Source: an uncultured Chloroflexia bacterium
GTDB lineage: Bacteria > Chloroflexota > Anaerolineae > CG2-30-64-16
Reading direction: 5' to 3'
Assembly: GCA_963810095.1 (NCBI GenBank)
Contig: CAWEMM010000012.1
Location: forward strand, 576,001-640,000
DNA length: 64,000 bases
Below the pieces are notes generated by a model. That model was given only the letters and a program-made list of their open reading frames with translations. It did not search any database and was not told the origin of the DNA. Shown in pieces: positions 33,760 through 43,607 of the stretch; the first letter of the stretch is position 1, and each line of letters begins with the position of its first letter. The translations under genes and the position numbers were made by a program.

Positions 33760-34851
33760 ATGCCCACCGTCAAAGATGTCGCAAGCAAGGCCAACGTCTC
33801 CCCTGGGACCGTCTCTAACGTCCTGACCGGGAAGCGCCCGGTCGCCTCGGCCACCCGAGAACGCGTCCTCCGGGTTATCGACGAGCTGGGTTATCAGCCG
33901 AACATTTTGGCGCGCAGCCTCATCAATCGACGCAGTGAAACCATCGCGGTCGTCGCGTCCGGACTCGAGTACTTCGGCCCCGCACAGGCGGTAACCGGCA
34001 TCGAGCGCGAGGCCGACGGCAGCGGCTACTCCGTCATCCTCGAACTCGTCCCATGGCTCGACAGCATCCAGGCGAAGCGAGCGCTCTCCACCCTGGTGGG
34101 CCGCCAGGTCGACGGCATCATTTGGGCTGTTCCCGAGATTGGCAACAACCGCGACTGGATCACCTCGCACGACCTCGAACGTCTGCCGCCGATCGTCTTC
34201 CTCAGCATGGGCGAGCGGCCGGGCCTGCCCATCGTCACGGCCGAAAACCGGGCGGGTGCGCGCATGGCAACCCAACATCTCGTGCGGCAGGGCCGCCGGC
34301 GCATCGGCCGCGTTTCCGGCCCCAACGATTGGTGGGAGGTACGCGAGCGCGGCATCGGGTGGGCCGAAGCGTTGGACGAAGCCGGCCTATGGTGTGATGA
34401 TTCGCTGATCGTGGCCGGCGATTGGTACGCCAGCAGCGGCGAAGGCGGCCTGGGCACGCTCCTCGAGCGCCACCCTGACCTCGACGCGGTGGTCGCCGGC
34501 AACGATCAGATGGCGCTGGGGGTGCTCCGGGCGGCTCGCCTGGCCGGCCGCCGCGTCCCCGACGACTTGGCCGTCGTCGGTTTCGATAACATCCCCGAGG
34601 CCGCCTACTTCTGGCCGCCTCTCACTACGGTCGATCAACACCTGCGCGACGTGGGCAGCGAAGCGGTTCGGCTCTTGAACCAGTTGATCGACGCCCGGTT
34701 AGCGGGCCATCCGGGGCCCGACGTCGTCTGGGCGCCCGGTTCTGTCACGGTGCAGCCCGAACTGATCGTCCGCGAAAGCTCGGGGGCTTCCCCGACGGGC
34801 AGCGGCGCGGCGCACGACGCGCAGTACGAGCTACAGGTTGAAGGGAGGTGA
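33760..34851 (+). CDS. LacI-family transcriptional regulator
   Basis: TVKDVA..ANVS..TVS.VL, LGY.PN..ARSL, VDGII, ND.MA.G, VVGFDN, PLTTV. Confidence 0.93.
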   Translation: MPTVKDVASKANVSPGTVSNVLTGKRPVASATRERVLRVIDELGYQPNILARSLINRRSETIAVVASGLEYFGPAQAVTGIEREADGSGYSVILELVPWLDSIQAKRALSTLVGRQVDGIIWAVPEIGNNRDWITSHDLERLPPIVFLSMGERPGLPIVTAENRAGARMATQHLVRQGRRRIGRVSGPNDWWEVRERGIGWAEALDEAGLWCDDSLIVAGDWYASSGEGGLGTLLERHPDLDAVVAGNDQMALGVLRAARLAGRRVPDDLAVVGFDNIPEAAYFWPPLTTVDQHLRDVGSEAVRLLNQLIDARLAGHPGPDVVWAPGSVTVQPELIVRESSGASPTGSGAAHDAQYELQVEGR

Positions 34852-34928
34852 GGGGGAATCCCACACGGTCGTCAATGTCGCTTTGGTAACACCACAGTCG
34901 GTTACTCTCTCATGGAGGAGACAAGCTC

Positions 34929-35972
34929 ATGAAGACCCGCACGATCCTGACACTGATTCTGGTCATCCTGGTGATGGCCCTGACCTCCTGTGCTCCGGCC
35001 GCACCCGCCGCTGCACCCGCCCAGCAACCTGCCGCGGCGGCGCCTGCGGCTGCCGCTGACAAATGGTGCTCGAACGTCCACCTCGTCTTCTTCCCCGGCG
35101 GCGGACAGGGCACCCCGTTTACCAACAACGTCTACAACGGCGCCAAGGCCGCCCAGGCCGACCTCGGCCCGAAAGTTGACTACGTCTTCTCGGATTGGGA
35201 TCCGCAGAAGATGATCCAGCAGTTCAAGGAAGCCGCGGCCACCAAGCCCGACGGCATCGCGGTGATGGGCCATCCCGGCGACGAGTCCTTCGATTCGATC
35301 ATCATGGACGCCGAGAAGAACGGCATCCTGGTGACGAGCCAGAACACAACCCTGCCGAAGATGGAAGCCGCCTACTCGGGCCAGGGCTTCGGCTACGTGG
35401 GCCAGGACCTCTACGGCTCGGGCGCTGCGCTCGCCACTGAGGCGATCAAGCGCTTCGGCCTGAAGTCGGGCGACAAGGCGATGGTCTGGGGCCTGATGTC
35501 CCAGCCCACACGCGGTCAGCGCACAAAGGGCGTCACGGAAACACTGGAGAAGGCCGGCCTGAAGGTCGACTACATCGAAATCGACGCGGCGACCAGCGCC
35601 GACGCGGCCGCGGGCACGCCCACCTTCGTCGGCTACGTTTCGGCCAACCCGGACGTCAAGCTGATCGTGACCGATCACGGCGGGCTCACCTCCACGGCCG
35701 AGACCTACCTGAAGGCGGCCAACAAGAAAGCCGGGGACATCCACATCGCCGGCTTTGACCTCTCGCCTGCGACTGTAACGGCGATCAAGGGCGGCTGGAC
35801 CGAGCTTGTCATCGATCAGCAGCCCTGGCTCCAGGGCTACCTGCCCATCCTGCAGCTGTGCCTGACCAAGACCTACGGGTTCTCGGGCCTGCACGTAGAC
35901 ACGGGCGGCGGGTTCGTCAGCAAGGACAACATCGACTTCCTGGCCCCGCTCGCACAGAAGGAAATCCGGTAA
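34929..35972 (+). CDS. Sugar ABC transporter substrate-binding lipoprotein
   Basis: Lipobox LTSC, PDGI, YVGQD, GFD, IDQQP.LQGY. Confidence 0.88.
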   Translation: MKTRTILTLILVILVMALTSCAPAAPAAAPAQQPAAAAPAAAADKWCSNVHLVFFPGGGQGTPFTNNVYNGAKAAQADLGPKVDYVFSDWDPQKMIQQFKEAAATKPDGIAVMGHPGDESFDSIIMDAEKNGILVTSQNTTLPKMEAAYSGQGFGYVGQDLYGSGAALATEAIKRFGLKSGDKAMVWGLMSQPTRGQRTKGVTETLEKAGLKVDYIEIDAATSADAAAGTPTFVGYVSANPDVKLIVTDHGGLTSTAETYLKAANKKAGDIHIAGFDLSPATVTAIKGGWTELVIDQQPWLQGYLPILQLCLTKTYGFSGLHVDTGGGFVSKDNIDFLAPLAQKEIR

Positions 35973-35981
35973 CGATCGCTC

Positions 35982-36036
35982 AACACAAAGACACGGAGGC
36001 ACCCCAGACGCCTTCGTGTCTTTGTGCCTTGGTGTT
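35982..36036. repeat. 8-bp-periodic palindrome (copy C)
   Basis: cacaaaga-cacggagg...cttcgtgt-ctttgtgc-cttggtg. Confidence 0.75.
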
Positions 36037-36050
36037 AAGGAAGGCCTGCG

Positions 36051-36824
36051 ATGGACCACCTGCTCGAATTACGAAACGTATCCAAGACGTTCGGCGAAGT
36101 CGGCGCCCTGCACGACGTTAACTTCCACGTCGGCCCGAACGAGATCGTGGGCCTGCTGGGCGACAACGGCGCCGGGAAGTCAACCCTCATCAAAATTATG
36201 ACCGGCTATCACCGCCCCGATCCCGGCGGCGAAATCTACTGGAAGGGTCAGCGCCTGGACCACCTCAACGTGGCGAAGGCGCGCGAGCTAGGGATCAACC
36301 CGGTTTACCAGGAACGTGCCCTTGCCGACCAGCAGTCGCTTTGGCGTAACCTATTTTTGGGTCGCGAGTTGACAACACATTTCGGCGTCCTCGACGTGAA
36401 GAAGATGCGCACCGAAACGGCGCGGCTCATGCAAGAGCACATGGGCTTCACGTCCTCAGCCATTACACCGGAGTCGCCGGTCAAGACCATGTCGGGCGGC
36501 GAACGGCAAGGTGTCGCAATCACACGGGCGCTGTACTTCCAGGCCGAACTCATCATATTGGACGAGCCCACTATGGGCTTGTCGCTCTCGGAAACGAAGA
36601 AGGCCCTGGATTTTGTCGAAGGCATCAAGCGTGCGGGCAAGGCCTGCATTTTCATCGACCATAACATCTTCCACGTGTACCCGGTTGTGGACCGGATCGT
36701 CGTGCTTGACCGTGGCACGGTCGCCGGGCAATTCATGAAGGGCGAGCTGACGCTCGAGCAACTGATCGACCGGCTCTACCTGGTGGCGAAAACGGGCGAT
36801 CTAGCCAAGGAGGAGCAGTCGTGA
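36051..36824 (+). CDS. Sugar ABC transporter ATP-binding protein (single domain)
   Basis: GDNGAGKST, MSGGERQ, IILDEPT, IDH. Confidence 0.92.
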   Translation: MDHLLELRNVSKTFGEVGALHDVNFHVGPNEIVGLLGDNGAGKSTLIKIMTGYHRPDPGGEIYWKGQRLDHLNVAKARELGINPVYQERALADQQSLWRNLFLGRELTTHFGVLDVKKMRTETARLMQEHMGFTSSAITPESPVKTMSGGERQGVAITRALYFQAELIILDEPTMGLSLSETKKALDFVEGIKRAGKACIFIDHNIFHVYPVVDRIVVLDRGTVAGQFMKGELTLEQLIDRLYLVAKTGDLAKEEQS

Positions 36825-37855
36825 GCATGGAAGTCAAAGCAGACAGCTCGCCTTCCGACAGGCCGCTCGGCAACAACCGGCGCACAAGCTCAGGCTTCGT
36901 TCAATGGGCGCGGCGCAACGCGCTGCAGCTCGGCATCGTGGCCGTCGCCCTCGTCCTGTGGCTGGTTTTCCTGATCGCCTCGCCGCGCACCTTCCTCTCG
37001 TATCCCATCTACAGCGCATTCATGCAGTCCACGCCGTACTTCGCGATTATGGCCATCCCGCTAACGCTGGTTGTGATCACCGGCGAGATCGACCTGTCCT
37101 TTCCTTCGATCGCGGCGTTGGGAATGGTCCTATACGCCATCGGATTCGATCTAACTGGGAATGCCTTGGTCGCGGCAATCTTGTGCATAGGCGCAGGAAT
37201 TCTCGCGGGGCTCTTCAACGGCGTCATTATTACGAAGGTCGGCATACCTTCGATCGTGGCCACGCTCGCGACCTCGTTCCTGTTCCGCGGCATGGTGCTA
37301 GTCATGCGCAACTCGCAAGGCTACTCGCTGGGCGGATCTAAGGGTACGGCCGTGGATAAATTACTCGTCGGCCGTGTTTTCGACAAGATCCCGATGCAGT
37401 TCGTCATAGCTATCGTCGTGGCGATCGTGATCTGGTTCTTCCTGAACCGGCACCGCTTCGGAGCGCACGTGTATGCGGTGGGCGACAACAAGGACAGCTC
37501 ACGCCTCATGGGCATCCCGGTCGACCGGGTCAAGACGTTAACCTTCGTTATCGTCGGCGGCTTCGCAGCCCTGGCTGGCCTGATCCAGAGCCTCGACGTG
37601 TCGTATTTCTGGCCGATGCTAGCCAGCGGCCAACTGCTAAACACCCTGTCGTCGGTCTTCCTGGGTGGTACATCCGTCTTCGGTGGCACCGGCACCATCT
37701 TCGGTACTTTCGTCGCCTCTTTCGTCATCGGCGCCATCAATGCCGGAATCGTGGCCGCCGGCCTGACCGACCAGTGGACCCAGGTCATCTACGGCTTGAT
37801 CTTGCTCGTCTCCGTCGGCCTCCAAGTCGTACTCAGCAGGAGACTCAGAAGGTAA
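36821..37855 (+). CDS. Sugar ABC transporter permease (RbsC/BPD_transp_2 family)
   Basis: GEIDLS, G..NG, PSIVATL, FG..VYAVGDN, LGGTS.FGG.G. Confidence 0.9.
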   Translation: MSMEVKADSSPSDRPLGNNRRTSSGFVQWARRNALQLGIVAVALVLWLVFLIASPRTFLSYPIYSAFMQSTPYFAIMAIPLTLVVITGEIDLSFPSIAALGMVLYAIGFDLTGNALVAAILCIGAGILAGLFNGVIITKVGIPSIVATLATSFLFRGMVLVMRNSQGYSLGGSKGTAVDKLLVGRVFDKIPMQFVIAIVVAIVIWFFLNRHRFGAHVYAVGDNKDSSRLMGIPVDRVKTLTFVIVGGFAALAGLIQSLDVSYFWPMLASGQLLNTLSSVFLGGTSVFGGTGTIFGTFVASFVIGAINAGIVAAGLTDQWTQVIYGLILLVSVGLQVVLSRRLRR

Positions 37856-37863
37856 CGCGGCCC

Positions 37864-37916
37864 TGGAAACGAGGTTTCGCTCCAACACCGTTGGAGTTGC
37901 AGAAACCTCGTTTCTA
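37864..37916. repeat. 'GAAAC..GGTTTC' family palindrome (copy 3)
   Basis: ggaaacgaggtttc...gaaacctcgtttc. Confidence 0.75.
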
Positions 37917-37933
37917 CTATCGAGGAAATCAAG

Positions 37934-39424
37934 ATGATCAATCAGCAGAAATCACGTTTCGCCTTGTTCTTCGGCAACCGGGGCTTCTTCCCCGCGTCGC
38001 TGATCGCGTCGGCCCGCGAAGAGGTCTCCTCCGCGCTGCGCGGGCTCGGCCACGAGGTGTTGATGCTCGGTGCGGACGCCACTCGCTACGGCGCAGTGGA
38101 AACCCCGCTCGAGGGCGAGGTCTACGCCAACTTCCTGCGCCAGCACCGGGGCGAGTTCGACGGGGTCATCGTGTCCCTGCCCAACTTTGGCGACGAGACC
38201 GGCGCGGTGGCCGCGCTCCAGGAAGCCGGCGTGCCCATCATGATCCAGGCTTACCCGGACGAGATGGACAAGATGTCGCCGGCCCTGCGCCGTGACTCGT
38301 TCTGCGGCAAGATCTCCATCATGGACGTCTTCCAGCAGTACCAGGTCAAATTCACGGCGGTCGCACCGCACACGGTCCACCCCTGCTCCGACCGGTTCAA
38401 GGCCGTCGTCGACGAGTTCGACCGGACCTGCCGGGTCGTCCGGGGGATCAAGGGCATGGTCGTCGGCGCGATCGGTGCCCGCACCACGCCCTTCAAGACC
38501 GTCCGCATCGACGAGGTTGCGCTCCAACGCCACGGCATCACGGTCGAAACAGTCGACATGTCCGACGTCTTCGCCCGCATGCGGTCGGTGAAGCCCGAAA
38601 CCGACGCTTACAAGGCGAAGCTGGCGCACATGGCCGGCTACTCCAACTGGGAGGCCGTGCCGGGGACCGCGTTCGACTCCATCGTCCGCCTCGCGGTCGT
38701 GCTCGACGGCCTGGCCGCCGAGATGCGCCTCGACGCAATGGCCGTGCGCTGCTGGACCGAAATCCAGAACGAGTTCGGGATTTCGCCCTGTGTGGCCATG
38801 GGCGCGCTGAACGACGAAGGACTGGCCGCCTCGTGCGAGGTTGACCTGGGCAACACGATCGCCATGAAGGCGATCAGCCTCGCTTCCTATGCCCCACCCG
38901 CCTGCCTGGACTGGAACAATAACTTCACCACCGCGAACGGCGAGGACGAAGACGACAAGTGCATCCTGTTCCATTGCGGGCCCGCGCCGGCCAGCCTCAT
39001 GCTGCCCGGCGGGCACATCACAGACCACTATATCCTTATGGGCACGGTTGGCGAAGGCCGCGGCTTCGGCTGCAACCAGGGCCGGCTCAAACCGATGGAC
39101 TTCACCTTTACCAGCCTCATGACCGAGGCCGGCCGGGTGAAGATGTATCTCGGTGAGGGCAAGATCACGACGGACGCCATCCCGTCGGACTTCTTCGGCG
39201 TGGCCGGGGTCGCCGACATCCCGCACCTGCAAGACGTGCTGCTGCATATCGGCAAGCACGGTCACCGCCACCACGTGAGCATTACGCCCGGAAGGGTGGT
39301 CCGGCCGCTCAATGAGGCGCTGGGGCATTACCTGGGCTTCGACATTTCACTGCCGCAACAAGCGCTTGGCACGCAGCCCGCGCCCGAACATCACCACACC
39401 CGCCTGCAGATTAAGGGGATCTGA
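37934..39424 (+). CDS. L-fucose/L-arabinose isomerase family protein (paralog 1)
   Basis: GNRGFFP, PNFGDE, RRDSFCGK, RCW, SCEVD, LFHCG, GHRHH. Confidence 0.82.
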   Translation: MINQQKSRFALFFGNRGFFPASLIASAREEVSSALRGLGHEVLMLGADATRYGAVETPLEGEVYANFLRQHRGEFDGVIVSLPNFGDETGAVAALQEAGVPIMIQAYPDEMDKMSPALRRDSFCGKISIMDVFQQYQVKFTAVAPHTVHPCSDRFKAVVDEFDRTCRVVRGIKGMVVGAIGARTTPFKTVRIDEVALQRHGITVETVDMSDVFARMRSVKPETDAYKAKLAHMAGYSNWEAVPGTAFDSIVRLAVVLDGLAAEMRLDAMAVRCWTEIQNEFGISPCVAMGALNDEGLAASCEVDLGNTIAMKAISLASYAPPACLDWNNNFTTANGEDEDDKCILFHCGPAPASLMLPGGHITDHYILMGTVGEGRGFGCNQGRLKPMDFTFTSLMTEAGRVKMYLGEGKITTDAIPSDFFGVAGVADIPHLQDVLLHIGKHGHRHHVSITPGRVVRPLNEALGHYLGFDISLPQQALGTQPAPEHHHTRLQIKGI

Positions 39425-39428
39425 TCAC

Positions 39429-40334
39429 ATGAAGAACGTCGCCGACATCATGCTGAAGGCTCGTGAACTGGGCTTCGGCATCCCTGCCTTCAACATCCCG
39501 TACCTGCCCATGATGCAGCCCGTCTGCAAGGCGGTGAAGGATGCCGATTCCTTCTCGCTGATCGAAGTGGCCCGGCTCGAGATCATGAAGTTCGAATCGA
39601 AGAGCATGGCTGCTGTTGCCGAAGAGTTTGCCAAGTGGGCCGATCGCGAACACGTCCGCCTCCACCTGGACCACGTGCCGGTCATCGACGAGGACCACCT
39701 GCGGGTGGACTACATGCCGGTGTTTCGTGAGGCGGTCGACCTGGGCTACGAATCGCTCATGGTCGACGGCTCGCGGCTGTCGCTCGCCGAGAATATCCGG
39801 GTGACTGCCGAGGTCGCCGAGTTCGGCCACGCGCACGGCCGGCCGGTCGAGGCCGAGTTGGGCGCGGTCATGGGGCATGAGAGCGGGCCCATGCCGCCCT
39901 ACGACGAATTGTTCGCGTCGGGCAAGGGCTTTACGGACGTGGACGAGGCGCGGCGCTTCGCGGAGGAGAGCAAGTGCGACTGGCTGTCGGTGGCCGTCGG
40001 CAACATCCACGGCGCGATCGCCGAGGGCGTGCGCGACCAGAAGAAGCCTGAAGCACGGCTCAACCTTGAGCGCCTGGCCGAGCTAAGCAAAGCGGCGGGC
40101 TGCCCGCTCGTCCTGCACGGAGGCTCAGGCGTCAAGCAGGAGTATGTGCTGGGCTCGTTCAAGCACGGCATCACGAAGGTCAACGTTGGCACGGAGATTC
40201 GCCAGGCATACGAGCACGGTCTCCGCGCCGCAAACGACGTCGAGGCTGCCCAGCAAGCGTGCTACGAGCGCACATACGCCCTGCTGACCGAGTGGTTCTG
40301 CATCGCAGGGATTCAGAAGCAGGTAGTGGGATAA
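39429..40334 (+). CDS. Class II (Zn) fructose/tagatose-bisphosphate-type aldolase
   Basis: PAFN, LHLDH, SLMVDGS, VEAELG, A.GN.HG, LVLHGGSG, KVNVGT. Confidence 0.9.
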   Translation: MKNVADIMLKARELGFGIPAFNIPYLPMMQPVCKAVKDADSFSLIEVARLEIMKFESKSMAAVAEEFAKWADREHVRLHLDHVPVIDEDHLRVDYMPVFREAVDLGYESLMVDGSRLSLAENIRVTAEVAEFGHAHGRPVEAELGAVMGHESGPMPPYDELFASGKGFTDVDEARRFAEESKCDWLSVAVGNIHGAIAEGVRDQKKPEARLNLERLAELSKAAGCPLVLHGGSGVKQEYVLGSFKHGITKVNVGTEIRQAYEHGLRAANDVEAAQQACYERTYALLTEWFCIAGIQKQVVG

Positions 40335-40347
40335 ACAGGTGTCGTGT

Positions 40348-40418
40348 GTAGGGGCGAGGCAGCCGGAGCGAGATATCGCCTCAGTCGCAACAGATCCTTC
40401 CGGCTGCCTCGCCCCTAC
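40348..40418. repeat. GTAG-type REP-like palindrome
   Basis: gtaggggcgaggcagccgga...tccggctgcctcgcccctac, a 20-bp perfect inverted repeat with GTAG/CTAC feet. Confidence 0.8.
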
Positions 40419-40441
40419 CAGGAATGGATCGCGGAGGGGAA

Positions 40442-41956
40442 ATGTCCTTACTCGGCATTGACGTCGGCACCAGCGGCTGCAAGTCGGCCGTCTTCTCGGA
40501 GACCGGCGAGCTGCTGACCGTCGCCTACGAAGAATACGACATGGAGCGGCCCCAAACGGGTTGGGCCCAGCTCAATTCGCTCGAAGTCTGGGACAAGGTG
40601 AAGGCCACCATTCGGGCTGCGGTGGGCGACCACGCCGTCGCCCGCGGGGCGGGGCCCGTCCGCGCGCTGGCCGTTTCCTCCATGGGCGAGGCTGTCGTGC
40701 CGGTCACACGCGACCGGCGCATCCTCGGTCCGTCGATCCTGAACTTCGACGTGCGCGGCGCGCGCTACCTCCCGGCCCTCTCGGCTGCCCTGCCCGACCC
40801 TCAGCTCTACCAGGTGAACGGCAATACGCTGGGCAACCACTACTCGTTGCCCAAGCTGAAGTGGATCAAGGAAAACCAGCCGGACCTGTATCGCGAGGCA
40901 GATTACCTGCTGCACTGGGCGGGCTTCGTGTCCTTCATGCTCGGCGCAGACCCCGTGCTCGACTACGCGCTGGCGAATCGCTCGCTGCTGTTCGACGTGG
41001 ACCGCCAGGACTGGTCTGACGACCTGCTGCGGTGGGGCGGCCTTGACCGGGAGAAGCTGCCGGCGCTGTGTCAGGCCGGCGCGCTGGTGGGCGAGGTGCT
41101 GCCGTCCGTTGCCGCCGAGCTGGGCCTGCCTCCCGCCGTCCGAATCGCAATGGGCACACATGACCAGTGCGCGAACGCGGTCGGCTGTGGGGCCATCAAG
41201 CCCGGCCAGGCCATGTATGGCATGGGCACCTTCGTCTGCCTCACCCCTGTATTCGACCAGCGCCCAGACGCATCACGGATGATCTCGCAGGGGCTCAACA
41301 CGGAGCATCATGCCGTGCCGGATCGTTATGTCAGCTTCATCTTCAACCACGGCGGCTCGGTGGTGAAGTGGTATCGCGACACGTTTGCGGCGCAGGACAA
41401 GAAGCTCGCGCAGCGCGAGGGCCGCGACGTCTACAATGACCTCCTGGCCGAAATGCCGCCCGGGCTCTCTTCGGTCCTGGCCCTGCCCCACTTCGCGCCT
41501 ACGGGCCCGCCCGAGTTCGTCGATGATTCTGCCGGCGTGCTCATCGGCCTGAAGCTGGCGACGGCGCGAGGCGATGTCCTGAAGGGCTTGCTGGAGGGCA
41601 TCACGTTCTACGAACGCGAGGTGCTTGACGCGCTGCCCGCAGCAGGCATCAACGTGGACAGCTGCCGGGCGGTCGGCGGCGGGAGCAAGTCGGATGCGTG
41701 GCTGCAGCTTACCGCCGACATCTTCGGCATCCCGGTAGTCCGGCCGAAGGTGACTGAAGCCGGCGTGCTTGGCGCGGCGACCATCGCCGGCGTCGGCGCG
41801 GGCGTCTGGTCGTCTTATGACGAGGCCGTCGCGGAGATGGTCTCGCTCGACCGCACATACGAGCCCCGCATGGACATGCACGAGGCCTACGAGCCCCAGT
41901 ACGAGAAATACCGGCAAATCTGGCCGTTGATGAAGGGTTTTCTGCGCAGTTTGTAA
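40442..41956 (+). CDS. FGGY-family carbohydrate kinase
   Basis: LGIDVGTS..K, D.R, KL.W, G.HDQ, G.GT, LEG, GGG.KS..W.Q..AD, GAA. Confidence 0.92.
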   Translation: MSLLGIDVGTSGCKSAVFSETGELLTVAYEEYDMERPQTGWAQLNSLEVWDKVKATIRAAVGDHAVARGAGPVRALAVSSMGEAVVPVTRDRRILGPSILNFDVRGARYLPALSAALPDPQLYQVNGNTLGNHYSLPKLKWIKENQPDLYREADYLLHWAGFVSFMLGADPVLDYALANRSLLFDVDRQDWSDDLLRWGGLDREKLPALCQAGALVGEVLPSVAAELGLPPAVRIAMGTHDQCANAVGCGAIKPGQAMYGMGTFVCLTPVFDQRPDASRMISQGLNTEHHAVPDRYVSFIFNHGGSVVKWYRDTFAAQDKKLAQREGRDVYNDLLAEMPPGLSSVLALPHFAPTGPPEFVDDSAGVLIGLKLATARGDVLKGLLEGITFYEREVLDALPAAGINVDSCRAVGGGSKSDAWLQLTADIFGIPVVRPKVTEAGVLGAATIAGVGAGVWSSYDEAVAEMVSLDRTYEPRMDMHEAYEPQYEKYRQIWPLMKGFLRSL

Positions 41957-41961
41957 TACCT

Positions 41962-42038
41962 TTAGCCGCAAAGGCACACACGCACGAAGGCGCACGCATG
42001 CTTTGTGGTGCTTGGTGTCTTCGTGCCTTTGTGGTGAA
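41962..42038. repeat. 8-bp-periodic palindrome (copy D)
   Basis: cgcaaagg-cacacacg-cacgaagg...cttggtgt-cttcgtgc-ctttgtgg. Confidence 0.72.
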
Positions 42039-42063
42039 TTGAAGCCAGCATGAGGAGCGTATC

Positions 42064-43492
42064 ATGAAGCAACCTGTTCTTGGTGTTATTGTCGGCAACC
42101 GGGGCTTCTTCCCCGGCCACCTCAGCGAGAAGGGCCGCCAGACGGTCCTTGCCCTGCTCGAGCGCGAGGGCATCAAGGCCATTGCGCTTGGCCCGGACGA
42201 TTCCCCTTACGGGAGCGTCGAGAGCGTCGCGGATTCCCAAAAGCTCGCGGACCTGTTCAAGGCGCACCGCGAGGAAATCATCGGCGTGCTGGTCACCCTG
42301 CCCAACTTTGGCGACGAGCGGGCCATCGCCAACGTCATGCGCTGGTCGGGGCTCGACGTGCCGATCCTCGTCCACGCCTTCCCCGACGAAACCGGCAAGA
42401 TGAGCGTCGAGTACCGCCGCGACTCGTTCTGCGGCAAGATGTCGGCGTGCAACAACCTGAAGCAATACGGCTTCAAGTACAGCCTGACCACCCACCACAC
42501 CGAGGATCCGGACAGCCCGCAGTTTCTGCAGGACCTGCGCGACTTCGTCGCGACCTGCCAGGTCGTCGCCGGGCTCAAGGGCGCGCGGGTGGGCCTCATC
42601 GGCGCACGGCCGGCCAACTTCATCACCGTTCGCTTCAGTGAAAAGCTCTTCGAGCGGGCCGGCATCTCGACCGAGACCGTCGACCTGTCGGAGATCTTCG
42701 GCCGCGCCAAGCGGATCGAGGGCAGCCCGAAGGTCGCGCAGAAGCTGGAACAGATTCGCAGCTACGTCAATGTGGCGAACACGCCGGCCGATGCGCTGGA
42801 GAAAATGGCCCGCCTGGGCGTCGTGATCGACGACTGGATGGCCGACAATAAACTGGCCGCCAGCGCGATCCAGTGCTGGACCTCGATGGAAGAGTTCTAC
42901 GGCGTGGTGCCGTGCACGTTGATGAGCATTATGAGCAACGGACTCATGCCCTCCGCGTGCGAAACCGACATTGCGGGTGTGGTGGGCATGTATGCGATGG
43001 CGCTGGCGTCCTGCAAGCCCGAGCGCGCTGGTCGACTGGAACAACAACTACGGCGAGGACCCCGACAAGTGCGTCGTCTTCCACTGCTCTAACCTGCCCA
43101 AAGACGTCTTCGTTCCGCAGTCCATCCGGGCCGACGACATCATGGTGATGGACTACCAGGCCATCATCGCGGGCACGGTGGGCAAGGAAAACACGTTTGG
43201 CACGGTCGTGGGCCGGGTTAAGGGTGATCCCTTCACCTACTGCCGCGTCTCCACAGACGACTACAACGGTAAGATCCAGGTCTACCTGGGCGAGGGTGAG
43301 CTGACCAACGACCCGCTCGACACGTTCGGCGGGTTCGGCGTGGCGAAGATCCCGCACCTGCAGGACCTGCTGGCCTACATCTGCGAAAACGGCTTCGAAC
43401 ACCACACGGCCATCAGCCTGTCGCAGGTGGCAAAGCCGGTGAATGAGGCGATGAGCAAGTACCTGGGGTGGAGCGTCTACCACCACAAGTAA
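42064..43492 (+). CDS. L-fucose/L-arabinose isomerase family protein (paralog 2; frameshift near 43020)
   Basis: GNRGFFP, PNFGDE, RRDSFCGK, QCW, ACETD, DWNNN, FHCSN, GFEHH. Confidence 0.85.
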
Positions 43493-43520
43493 CGCTTGTG
43501 GGCATTCGCTCCGGCTACGG

Positions 43521-43557
43521 AAACAAACCAGGTTTCTGGCAGAAACCTGGTTTGTTT
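43521..43557. repeat. 'AAACC.GGTTTC' family palindrome (copy 4), possible terminator
   Basis: aaacaaaccaggtttctg-g-cagaaacctggtttgttt. Confidence 0.78.
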
Positions 43558-43607
43558 GTATCCAATCCCTCCTTCTGCGTGTCACCGCACTGTGATAGCA
43601 TGGGGAC

